Shown in pieces: positions 28,275 to 36,308 of a DNA stretch of 64,000 bases. Origin of the DNA: Lachnospiraceae bacterium (GTDB taxonomy: Bacteria > Bacillota > Clostridia > Lachnospirales > Lachnospiraceae); NCBI GenBank assembly GCA_024699645.1, contig JAILPE010000112.1:5385-69384 (forward strand). The letters run 5' to 3'. The notes below the pieces were generated by a model. It had not been told where the DNA came from. It saw nothing but the letters and a program-made list of their open reading frames with translations, and did no database searches. The position numbers were made by a program, and so were the translations under genes. The number at the start of each line of letters is the position of its first letter. Position 1 is the first letter of the stretch.

Positions 28275-29621
28275 TTATCGAGTAAGATTTCTTACCCATT
28301 TGTATTTTCTCAGCCTTATCATGACCCAGGGGATCTTCCCGACTTCGTCGAGGCATGTGCAGGCAAAAACGGCAAGAACGGGCCAGTCGAAGACGAAAGC
28401 ACCGAGGATCGCAAGTGGAAGAGCAACCCCCCACATGCTTACGGCAAGGCTGTACATATCAAAGACAGTATCACCGCCGCCGTCAAGAACTCCGTTGATC
28501 GTTATCGTATTGACGCAGCGTCCGATCATATAAAGAACGGTTATGAGCATCATACCCGTAAGATATTCGCCGGCTTTGTCGGAGAGTTTTATCATATGCG
28601 CTATGAGCGGTGTAACGGCAAGAACAACGAGAGACGAGGCAAATCCTATAACCCAGGATATATTTTTGAGCTTTAGACCGTAGGCTTTCCCTTTCTCAAG
28701 CTCTCCGGCTCCGAGCTTGTTGCCGACCATGATGGATGCGGCGTTGCCTATTCCGTTGCATACGCAGCAGATGAGCTCACGAACAACCGTAACTACGGAA
28801 TTTGCAGCGGAAGCGTCTTCGCCCATATGGCCGATTATTGCTGTATAGGCGGTAAAGCCGACGCCCCATAACAGAGATCCTCCGAGAAGCGGAAAGAGCT
28901 GTCTGAGAAAATCTTTCGTGAGGCTTTTTTCAGTGAGCCAGATCCTGATATTGGGACGGATGTGATCTTTGCCTGATGCTACGATGAAGCAAAGCACAAG
29001 TTCTGTGACTCTTGCGATAACCGTGGCGACGGCCGCACCGCGTGCGTTCATGGCCGGGATCCCGAAAAGTCCGAAAATAAATACAGCATTGAACAGGATG
29101 TTTCCGACAACCGCGGTGCTGCTGATGATAACGCTTGCAAGAACATGATCGCTGACCTTCATCATGGCAAGGTAGCTTTGGGAAAGCCCCATTATCAGAT
29201 ATGAGAAACCCGCAATCCTCAGATAATCGCTTCCGATGCTTATAAGCACGGGCTCAGAGGTGAAAGCCATCATGAGTATTTCGGGAATAAACATGCAGGC
29301 GAGGAAGAATACGATCGAAATGAGCGTAGTAAATCGGATCATAAGGTTAAAGATCTTCTTTAAAGATACTGTATCGCCTTTTCCGAAGTACTGTGCACCA
29401 AGGATGGAGCCGGCACCCGTAACCGCAAAAATGAACATATTCTGAATAAACTGAATCTGAGAGGCGAGTGAAACGGCTGTCATTTCGCTCTGCGCGATCC
29501 TCCCGAGCATAAACGCATCACCTGCGGCAACAGCTGACGCCATGAGGCTCTGAAAGGCTATGGGAAGGGCGAGTGCCCATAATTTACCGTAAAAAATCTT
29601 TTTGTCTATAACATGATCCAT
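28275..29621 (-). CDS. MATE-family efflux transporter
   Basis: About 12 TM helices. N-terminus KLWALALPIAFQSLMASAVAAGDAFMLGR is typical of MATE. The start MDHVIDKK at 29621 is preferred over 29705. Confidence 0.85.
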   Translation of the reverse strand: MDHVIDKKIFYGKLWALALPIAFQSLMASAVAAGDAFMLGRIAQSEMTAVSLASQIQFIQNMFIFAVTGAGSILGAQYFGKGDTVSLKKIFNLMIRFTTLISIVFFLACMFIPEILMMAFTSEPVLISIGSDYLRIAGFSYLIMGLSQSYLAMMKVSDHVLASVIISSTAVVGNILFNAVFIFGLFGIPAMNARGAAVATVIARVTELVLCFIVASGKDHIRPNIRIWLTEKSLTKDFLRQLFPLLGGSLLWGVGFTAYTAIIGHMGEDASAANSVVTVVRELICCVCNGIGNAASIMVGNKLGAGELEKGKAYGLKLKNISWVIGFASSLVVLAVTPLIAHMIKLSDKAGEYLTGMMLITVLYMIGRCVNTITINGVLDGGGDTVFDMYSLAVSMWGVALPLAILGAFVFDWPVLAVFACTCLDEVGKIPWVMIRLRKYKWVRNLTR

Positions 29622-30056
29622 ATCGGGATAAATCTCTCCTGTGAATATATTATTCTCAGCGCAACGCTTATGTGGTATTGTATGGGAATAAATAAAATAA
29701 AGCAATCATTAATCCGTATTTCGGTTGCTCAATTTTTGAGATTTGGAAATCTTATTCTTTGTAATGGAAATAATCAGGTTTTGTATAATCGTAAACATTA
29801 TTCAAAGGTTTGCGATACCAACATGGTTCCCATCGCCACAGAGATCATCACCCAGGATCTTACAGGAAAACCTTCACCCATACCGCAGCTTAAGGAAAGA
29901 GACATTCCTTACTACGGCGTAAAAGAAGCTGTATTCCCGTTCAATAATCGATGCCTGATTTTTGAAAACTTTGTAAACGATACCGATTTTGACCAACCGC
30001 TTGATTGTATGGAGAAAGGAGAATAGTATCAGAGTGGCGAGCGGTGAAAACAATAA

Positions 30057-30095
30057 TTGCCCGCTTAACAAGTTTCTCGCCCGCTTAAGGAGTTT
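30057..30095. repeat. Tandem 20-bp repeat, two copies
   Basis: TTGCCCGCTTAACAAGTTT and TCGCCCGCTTAAGGAGTTT. The upstream GGCGAGCGG is partly complementary. Confidence 0.6.
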
Positions 30096-30141
30096 TTATT
30101 GAATAGCAACGTACAAGGGTCCACAACAACAACAGATTGAT

Positions 30142-30543
30142 TTGAATGTACAACTTAGAACTGTGATCAGAAATGCTTTCATAGATATGAATGTAATCCT
30201 TCCAGAAAATGTGTTGGGAGATCTTACTTCGGAGAATCTGCCGGCAGTACTTAAAGAACGTTTTATTACCGGGCGTCTGGAAAACTTAAGGGCGGAAGAG
30301 TTTTCTTTTGATCATGCAATTACAGAACAGGGCGTACAGCAAGAAGTTCCAAGAGATCAGGCGTTGCAGAGGCTTATGGCTGTGATACGTAGTTCGGCGG
30401 ATGTAAATTGCAGAGTGTTGATCCGTTATGCGAATCAATGGGAGATAATAAACGGGAATGATATACAACACTATACGGATGAACAATTGAGAAGAAATGT
30501 AAATTGTAATTGGAGAGTTTTATGGTATAATATCTCTCTGTAA
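30142..30543 (+). CDS. Hypothetical protein (133 aa, TTG start); no family recognised
   Basis: Open frame in a low-GC stretch. No motif was recognised and the RBS is weak. Confidence 0.35.
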   Translation: MNVQLRTVIRNAFIDMNVILPENVLGDLTSENLPAVLKERFITGRLENLRAEEFSFDHAITEQGVQQEVPRDQALQRLMAVIRSSADVNCRVLIRYANQWEIINGNDIQHYTDEQLRRNVNCNWRVLWYNISL

Positions 30544-30553
30544 TGTAATTCAA

Positions 30554-30626
30554 GCACCTGTAGCGAAGAGGATAACGCGCAGTCTTCCGAAGTCTGAGAT
30601 CACAGGTTCGAATCCTGCCAGGTGCG
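30554..30626 (+). tRNA. tRNA-Arg (anticodon CCG), 73 nt, CCA not encoded
   Basis: Hand-folded cloverleaf. The acceptor stem is GCACCTG/CAGGTGC and the anticodon loop is TTCCGAA. U8, A14, G15-C48, U33, the T-loop TTCGAAT and C61 are all present. Non-Watson-Crick pairs are 13-22 A.A, 30-40 U.U and 49-65 A.C. Confidence 0.75.
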
Positions 30627-30640
30627 TTACAATTAAGCCG

Positions 30641-30680
30641 CGGGTGAACACACTGATGTGTTCGCCCGTGATTTATATGA
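30641..30680 (+). terminator. Hairpin after the tRNA (12-bp stem with one G-U pair)
   Basis: CGGGTGAACACA, loop CTGA, TGTGTTCGCCCG, followed by TGATTTATAT. Confidence 0.5.
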
Positions 30681-30755
30681 GCAAGTAGCGGAGCGAATTG
30701 CGAATAACATTGACAAACGGAAATAACAAACGGAGATAATTGTCGGAGGTTGATT

Positions 30756-31871
30756 ATGCCTTTTTTCTTCATGATGGTTGTAGCGTTTATGCTCGTTTTT
30801 TTATCATTCTCGGCAGCGTTTTATCTGAAGCTCGTTCCAAAGAAGCTTCCCTTAAGGATCGCTACCGTGGCGGGCATGGTTCTAATAAATATCGGAACCA
30901 TTTATTTTATGGTAAACGCCTCTTCGGAATCTGACGGATTTCTGTTCAGATCGGGAATGTTTTTTGCAACGATATGTTTTATAATAAACATATACAGCGC
31001 AGTATTCTTTGTGATATCACTTTTGATCCGGATCGTTTTCAGGATTATCGGTAAAAAGGAAAACAAGGTGCCTGAATTTTTGCGAGGAAAGCTGTACAGG
31101 CTCTGCGTCCTTGGTTTTACGTTCCTGCTTGCTATTGTCGGATATATCAATATGTCCGTTGTTCATGTATATGATTACGAGGTCTTGACGGATAAGCTTG
31201 CGAGCGGAGAAGAATACTCATTTGCGGTAATAACGGATCTTCATCTTTCAACAGGTATATATGCCGGCAGGGTTGATGACCTTTTTGAAAAGATAAACGA
31301 AACAAATGCCGATGCTGTACTGTTTGTCGGTGATATAGCCGATAATAAAACGTCTCGGGGAGCGTATGACGCTCTTTCCGAGGGACTTAAGGATCTGAAA
31401 TGTCCGCTCGGAGCCTTTTATGTAGACGGCAATCATGACGGAACCGGTAAGTCGGATATGCGTGTGATAATGAAAAATGCCGGGGTAACCGTTCTTTCGG
31501 ATGAAAAATATGAGCTTACTCCCGAGATCACAATCTACGGAAGAAACGATCCGAGGTCATTCAGAAACGGAAAAACAAAGATACCGACAGACCTTTCGTC
31601 TGATGACTTTAACCTTATTATGACACATCAGCCCGTAAATCTTGCGGAATTTGCGGCTGCGGGAGGAGATCTCTCGGTGAGTGGTCATACGCATGGAGAA
31701 CAGTTTCCTCTCATGTATCCGATAATCGCGGCATCTAATGATGCTGTAATGGGACATGATGAGATCGACGGCATGGACGTTATTGTAAGCCGCGGCGTCG
31801 GCGGATGGGGACTACACTTTTCTTTCCCGTCAACGAAGGAAATTGCACTCGTGCATGTTATCGGGAAATGA
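30756..31871 (+). CDS. Membrane-anchored metallophosphoesterase (YkuE-like)
   Basis: N-terminal TM helices, then ITDLHL, GDIAD, GNHD and GHTHGEQ. RBS GGAGG lies 6 nt upstream of the ATG at 30756. Confidence 0.8.
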   Translation: MPFFFMMVVAFMLVFLSFSAAFYLKLVPKKLPLRIATVAGMVLINIGTIYFMVNASSESDGFLFRSGMFFATICFIINIYSAVFFVISLLIRIVFRIIGKKENKVPEFLRGKLYRLCVLGFTFLLAIVGYINMSVVHVYDYEVLTDKLASGEEYSFAVITDLHLSTGIYAGRVDDLFEKINETNADAVLFVGDIADNKTSRGAYDALSEGLKDLKCPLGAFYVDGNHDGTGKSDMRVIMKNAGVTVLSDEKYELTPEITIYGRNDPRSFRNGKTKIPTDLSSDDFNLIMTHQPVNLAEFAAAGGDLSVSGHTHGEQFPLMYPIIAASNDAVMGHDEIDGMDVIVSRGVGGWGLHFSFPSTKEIALVHVIGK

Positions 31872-31960
31872 CATGGAACAATTGTAGATTCGCTCACGTA
31901 TAAGCGGGAAATGACATGGAACAATTGTAGATTTGCTCACGTATAAGCGGGAAATGATCG
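31862..31960. repeat. Tandem repeat, 43-bp period, about 2.3 copies, starting in the last codons of the metallophosphoesterase gene
   Basis: CGGGAAATGA recurs at 31862, 31905 and 31948. The two full units differ at one base (C/T). Confidence 0.95.
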
Positions 31961-31984
31961 TGGTTTGGCGTGCAAGGAGGGAGA

Positions 31985-32872
31985 ATGGCGGATAATCAGT
32001 TGAGTCTTAGGACTTCGGACCTGTTTATTGTTCCGATATCTTGTATTGAGCTTGAAAGACGCGCGGGGAGCGGGGATCTCTTTGAAGAGGGAACTTCGAC
32101 AGACCCGGAAGAAAAACCGGTAACTTCGGGAGTGATGGCTCGGGTCGATCCTCTCGCGGGAGAAAGCTTCTTTTTCGGAGGAAGCGTTTCGGACAATTCG
32201 GACAGGACAGAACGACGGTATTTAAAGAGTGAACTGTGTGCCGATATTTTTCGTGCCTGCAGTGACGACGACGATCCCGACTTTGTCTGGTATACCGTTT
32301 GGAGGGTGAGCCTTCGTGCAAATCCCAAAGAACTCGTCGGACTTTTCAGGTTCCTCGGACCGCAAAAAAAAGGCAGGGTCGGGTTCGAGCTTATCATCTA
32401 TGAAGATTACAGACATTTGGGATATGGTCATCAGCTTATTGATAAGATGACTGTGTTCGCCTTTGATAAGAGTGATGTTTATTATCTGTATTCAAACATC
32501 CACGGAAATGAGGATCCTGTCGAATATGAAAGAGTTTTAAGGCGCAGCGGATACAAAACAGAAGAGGAAGTATTAAATCCTTTTGAGGCGGATAGAATTA
32601 TACCCGAAGACGAAGAACTCTTAAAAAAGCGTGCATTACCCGAATACTTACTTAAAGAGTCAGGTGTAACTTCTTATTCGGCGGCATATGTGATGATAGG
32701 TCTTTGCGCCGGTATGTTTATAAGCATCATAACAGGTCTCATGCTCGAGGGGCTTGCATGCGGTCTCGTTTTTTCGACTGTCTGGGGAGCAATCATGGAT
32801 CATTTTGAGCTCAAACACAGGAGAAGGATACTTGGAGGGGACGGGCCAAAGAAACAGGTTGAGGATGCCTGA
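31985..32872 (+). CDS. GNAT-like acetyltransferase domain protein with a C-terminal two-helix membrane anchor
   Basis: The IIYEDYRHLGYGHQLI motif is GNAT-like. The C-terminus AAYVMIGLCAGMFISIITGLMLEGLACGLVFSTVWGAIM is hydrophobic. RBS AGGAGGG. Confidence 0.5.
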   Translation: MADNQLSLRTSDLFIVPISCIELERRAGSGDLFEEGTSTDPEEKPVTSGVMARVDPLAGESFFFGGSVSDNSDRTERRYLKSELCADIFRACSDDDDPDFVWYTVWRVSLRANPKELVGLFRFLGPQKKGRVGFELIIYEDYRHLGYGHQLIDKMTVFAFDKSDVYYLYSNIHGNEDPVEYERVLRRSGYKTEEEVLNPFEADRIIPEDEELLKKRALPEYLLKESGVTSYSAAYVMIGLCAGMFISIITGLMLEGLACGLVFSTVWGAIMDHFELKHRRRILGGDGPKKQVEDA

Positions 32873-32894
32873 AGGGGACGAACCAAAGAAACAG
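32835..32894. repeat. Direct duplication, period 37 bp, at the 3' end of the GNAT-like gene
   Basis: GGGGACGGGCCAAAGAAACAG (32837-32857) and GGGGACGAACCAAAGAAACAG (32874-32894) match at 19 of 21 positions. The second copy starts just after the stop codon. Confidence 0.85.
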
Positions 32895-32925
32895 TATAGT
32901 ATTTTATGAAACGGAGGATTTATAT

Positions 32926-33363
32926 ATGCAGTTTACAACTTTACAAAAAGACATGATGCAGGCGATGAAGGATCATAACAAGGTAAAAAAGGATGCGCTT
33001 TCGGCACTTGTGTCGGCTACAAAAAAGCTTGCGATAGACGCCGGATGCCGTGATGACATACCTGACGAAATGACCGATCAGGCGATCCTCAAAGAGATCA
33101 AAAGCATCAAGGAGCAGATAGACACATGTCCCGATTCACGAGCAGAGCTTAAGGAAGAGTATACGGCAAGGCTTAACGTGTTTGAGGAATATGCCCCGAA
33201 GATGCTCTCGGCAGAAGAAATCGAGAAGATAATCAGAGAGAAGTTCGCCGATGTGATCGCATCCGGAAACAAGGGAATGGTCATGAAGGCAGTTATGGGC
33301 GAATTAAAGGGAAAAGCAGAAGGCAAGCTTATCAATGAAACTGTTGCCAAGATCATGGCTTAA
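32926..33363 (+). CDS. GatB/YqeY domain protein
   Basis: 145 aa. The N-terminus LQKDMMQAMKDHNKVKKDALSALVSA is typical of YqeY. Confidence 0.85.
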   Translation: MQFTTLQKDMMQAMKDHNKVKKDALSALVSATKKLAIDAGCRDDIPDEMTDQAILKEIKSIKEQIDTCPDSRAELKEEYTARLNVFEEYAPKMLSAEEIEKIIREKFADVIASGNKGMVMKAVMGELKGKAEGKLINETVAKIMA

Positions 33364-33406
33364 GTGAAGACAGACAGCAGGATCCGCTGCCGGGTTCATG
33401 GCTTAA
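33341..33406. repeat. Direct duplication, period 43 bp, of the yqeY-like gene 3' end including the stop codon
   Basis: TCATGGCTTAA occurs at 33353-33363 and 33396-33406. The flanking 12 nt are partly conserved. Confidence 0.7.
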
Positions 33407-33464
33407 AATTATTCAATCCGTAAAAACAGCAGGAAAATCAATTGCTAAAAAAGGAAAACGATAC

Positions 33465-36239
33465 ATGCGGCGTTTAGTGATCGGGATTCTTGCACATGTA
33501 GATGCAGGTAAGACCACATTATCAGAGGCGATCCTTTATAAAACCGAAAGGATCAGAAAACTGGGAAGAGTCGATAAAAAAGACGCTTTCCTTGATAATT
33601 TTGCTCTCGAACGTGAACGCGGAATTACGATCTTTTCGAAGCAGGCGGTTTTTGAACGCGGGAATACCCTGTTTACCCTGATCGACACACCCGGGCATGT
33701 TGATTTCTCGACAGAGATGGAAAGAACTCTTTCTGTTCTCGATATAGCCGTTCTTGTGATAAGCGGCACCGACGGAATTCAGGCTCACACGAGGACCCTT
33801 TGGCGTCTTCTTGAGCATTATGATATTCCGACGTTTATATTTGTAAATAAAATGGACAGAGAAGGCTGTGACCGCAAGGCTCTTCAAAGAGAACTCGAGT
33901 CACAGCTTTCTGACGCCTGTGTGGATATGAGCTTTTCCGAAAATATGAACGAACAGATTGCCATGCTCGACGAGGGCGTAATGGAGAGGTATCTTGAAAG
34001 CGGAAAGATCACGGCGGAAGATATCAGGGAGCTTATCGGCGAAAGAATGCTGTTCCCATGTTTTTACGGATCTGCTCTCAAGCTTGAAGGAATTGACGGG
34101 TTGCTTGACGGACTTGCCGGGTATTCACCCGATCTTCCTCATGAAGAGAGTTTTAGAGCGCGAGTATATAAGATAGGCCGTGATCCTGAAGGAAACAGAC
34201 TGACGTATATGAAGCTGACAGGAGGAGAATTAAAGAACAGATCGGTTATCGAGTATATGGCTCTTCGGGACGAAAACATACTCCTGAGGCGCAGCGAAGA
34301 AGAAGTTGATGATTCATCGGCAATTTTGAACTATAAGGAAAAGGTCACGCAGATCCGTGTTTATGAAGGTGATAAATTCGAAACGACCGAGACGGCACAG
34401 CAGGGTATGGTCGTGGCTGTGCTCGGACTCACTGCCACTTATGCGGGGCAGGTGATCGGTGAGGAAGACGAAGAACCGCAAAAAAAGATAGCACCTGTAA
34501 TGACATACAGGGTGATCGCACGTGACAGAGGCGCTCTTACGGCACTGCTTCCAAAACTGAAGATACTTGAAGAAGAAGATCCTACACTCGGCGTTGTCTG
34601 GAATGATGAGCTCAGGGAGCTCCAGATAAGCGTTATGGGGGATATACAGCTTGAGATAATCAAACGTCAGCTTTTGGACAGATTCGGCGAAGACGTTGAT
34701 TTTGATAAGGGAAGCGTTCTTTACAAGGAAACTGTATCAGCTCCCGTACTCGGGGTAGGACATTTTGAACCGCTCAGACATTATGCCGAAGCACAGCTTC
34801 TTATCGAGCCATCGGAGAGAGGAATGGGTATTTCGGCCGAATCGAGAGTTTCGGTTAATGATCTTGAACTAAACTGGCAGAGACTTATCCTGACGCACAT
34901 CTATGAAAGAAGGCATAAGGGTGTCCTTACGGGTGCGGAACTGACAGATGTTAATGTAGCCGTTGTAGCGGGAAGAGCTCATATCAAGCACACCGAAGGA
35001 GGAGACTTCAGACAGGCAACATACCGCGCCGTCAGGCAGGGACTCATGCGTGCGAGAGAAGAAGGCAAATGCGTCCTTCTTGAGCCGTACTATGAGCTCA
35101 CGATAGAGCTGCCGCGTACCAATTGCGGACGTGCCATGACCGATATAGAAAGTCGTTTCGGCCGCGTTACTTCGCAGTACGAGATCGGATACGGGGATAT
35201 GGTCGGGATCACGGGAGTTGCGCCTGTATCGACGATGCAGGGATATTCAAGGGAAGTGTCTTCTTACACGAAAGGTCTCGGAAACGTTTATTGCTCGTTT
35301 TTCGGGTACCTACCCTGCCATAACGCGGATGAGGTGATAGCGTCAAGCGGTTATATGCCCGAAGCTGATCTTAGAAATCCGGCGTCGTCCGTATTTTGTG
35401 CTCACGGTTCCGGTTTCGTTGTTGAGTGGAATGATGTGGACAGCTACAAACACCTTGATTATGACATTCAAACCGGAAGCCTCAAAAGTGACGAACCGCT
35501 ACAAATATACCCTGTTTCACATAACAAAGAAGAAATGGTCATCGGCACGGACGAGATCGATGCGATCCTTGCAAAGACATCTCATGCCAACAAAAAGGAC
35601 AAGACATACAGAAATCCTTTCAGAAAGCACAAGGCCGGGAATGAAAAGCATGAAGACAGATCTTCACGGTATTATTCCGCGTCTGTGAATTTGGGGGATG
35701 ATGAGACCGGAAATGAAAACGTATCGTTTACAAAAGACAAATATTTAAAAAAGCTGATCACTGATACCCGTGACAGGTATCTCCTTGTCGACGGCTATAA
35801 TATCATATTCAAGTGGCCGGAGCTGTCAGATCTCGTAAAAGATAATGTTGACGCGGCCAGAGACCGGCTTAATGATATTTTGTGTGATTACCAGGCCCGG
35901 AAGGGGTGCAAGCTTATGGTCGTCTATGACGCCTATCGCGTCAAGGGACATCCTACAGAATATTTTGACTATCACAATATCATCGTTGTATTTACAAAAG
36001 AGGCCGAGACAGCGGATAAGTTTATAGAACGCTTTGCTCATGAGAACGGAAAGCAGGTCGATATAAGCGTTGCGACATCAGACGGACTTGAGCAGATTAT
36101 AATCAGGGGTGCCGGCTGTAAGCTTGTGACGGCAAACGACCTGCTCGCGGAGGTAAACGAACTTCGCTCAGAAACAAGAAGCAGGATCGAAGGCGGGTCC
36201 ATAAGCAAAGCTACTACAAGGCTCGGTGATCTGATGTGA
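33465..36239 (+). CDS. Tet(M)/EF-G-like translational GTPase fused to a C-terminal YacP/Rae1-type NYN ribonuclease domain (924 aa)
   Basis: G1 AHVDAGKT, G2 RGITI, G3 DTPGH, G4 NKMD, with an EF-G-like domain II-V layout collinear with Tet(M). Residues from about 768 to the end, LLVDGYNIIF...VVYDAY...VVFTKEAETADKFIE...VATSDGLEQ, align by eye with B. subtilis YacP/Rae1. It is a single uninterrupted ORF. Confidence 0.85.
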   Translation: MRRLVIGILAHVDAGKTTLSEAILYKTERIRKLGRVDKKDAFLDNFALERERGITIFSKQAVFERGNTLFTLIDTPGHVDFSTEMERTLSVLDIAVLVISGTDGIQAHTRTLWRLLEHYDIPTFIFVNKMDREGCDRKALQRELESQLSDACVDMSFSENMNEQIAMLDEGVMERYLESGKITAEDIRELIGERMLFPCFYGSALKLEGIDGLLDGLAGYSPDLPHEESFRARVYKIGRDPEGNRLTYMKLTGGELKNRSVIEYMALRDENILLRRSEEEVDDSSAILNYKEKVTQIRVYEGDKFETTETAQQGMVVAVLGLTATYAGQVIGEEDEEPQKKIAPVMTYRVIARDRGALTALLPKLKILEEEDPTLGVVWNDELRELQISVMGDIQLEIIKRQLLDRFGEDVDFDKGSVLYKETVSAPVLGVGHFEPLRHYAEAQLLIEPSERGMGISAESRVSVNDLELNWQRLILTHIYERRHKGVLTGAELTDVNVAVVAGRAHIKHTEGGDFRQATYRAVRQGLMRAREEGKCVLLEPYYELTIELPRTNCGRAMTDIESRFGRVTSQYEIGYGDMVGITGVAPVSTMQGYSREVSSYTKGLGNVYCSFFGYLPCHNADEVIASSGYMPEADLRNPASSVFCAHGSGFVVEWNDVDSYKHLDYDIQTGSLKSDEPLQIYPVSHNKEEMVIGTDEIDAILAKTSHANKKDKTYRNPFRKHKAGNEKHEDRSSRYYSASVNLGDDETGNENVSFTKDKYLKKLITDTRDRYLLVDGYNIIFKWPELSDLVKDNVDAARDRLNDILCDYQARKGCKLMVVYDAYRVKGHPTEYFDYHNIIVVFTKEAETADKFIERFAHENGKQVDISVATSDGLEQIIIRGAGCKLVTANDLLAEVNELRSETRSRIEGGSISKATTRLGDLM

Positions 36240-36308
36240 GATTTACAGAGTCTGCTTTGAGTGCGCCGCTCGCCCGGCATCATCAGTCCGGGATGTGTGA
36301 ATCTCTAC

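Noticed and set aside
28191-28676. 161-aa + strand ORF overlapping the 3' part of the MATE gene
   Set aside because: It is antisense to a well-supported 12-TM transporter, with no RBS and no recognisable domain.
29613-30026. 137-aa ORF in the MATE upstream region
   Set aside because: It begins inside the MATE 5' end and crosses its promoter region. It has no RBS, low-GC non-coding-like composition and no motif. The internal ATG at 29823 (68 aa) cannot be excluded but is unsupported.
30374-30772. 132-aa minus-strand ORF
   Set aside because: It runs straight through the tRNA-Arg gene and its terminator hairpin.
36240-36308. Possible duplication between the ends of the GTPase-NYN gene and the convergent ABC gene (GATGTGAGATTTAC versus GATGTGTGAATCTCTAC)
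   Set aside because: The similarity is short, gapped and interrupted, and does not stand out from chance. Only a weak CCCGG/CCGGG hairpin is present.
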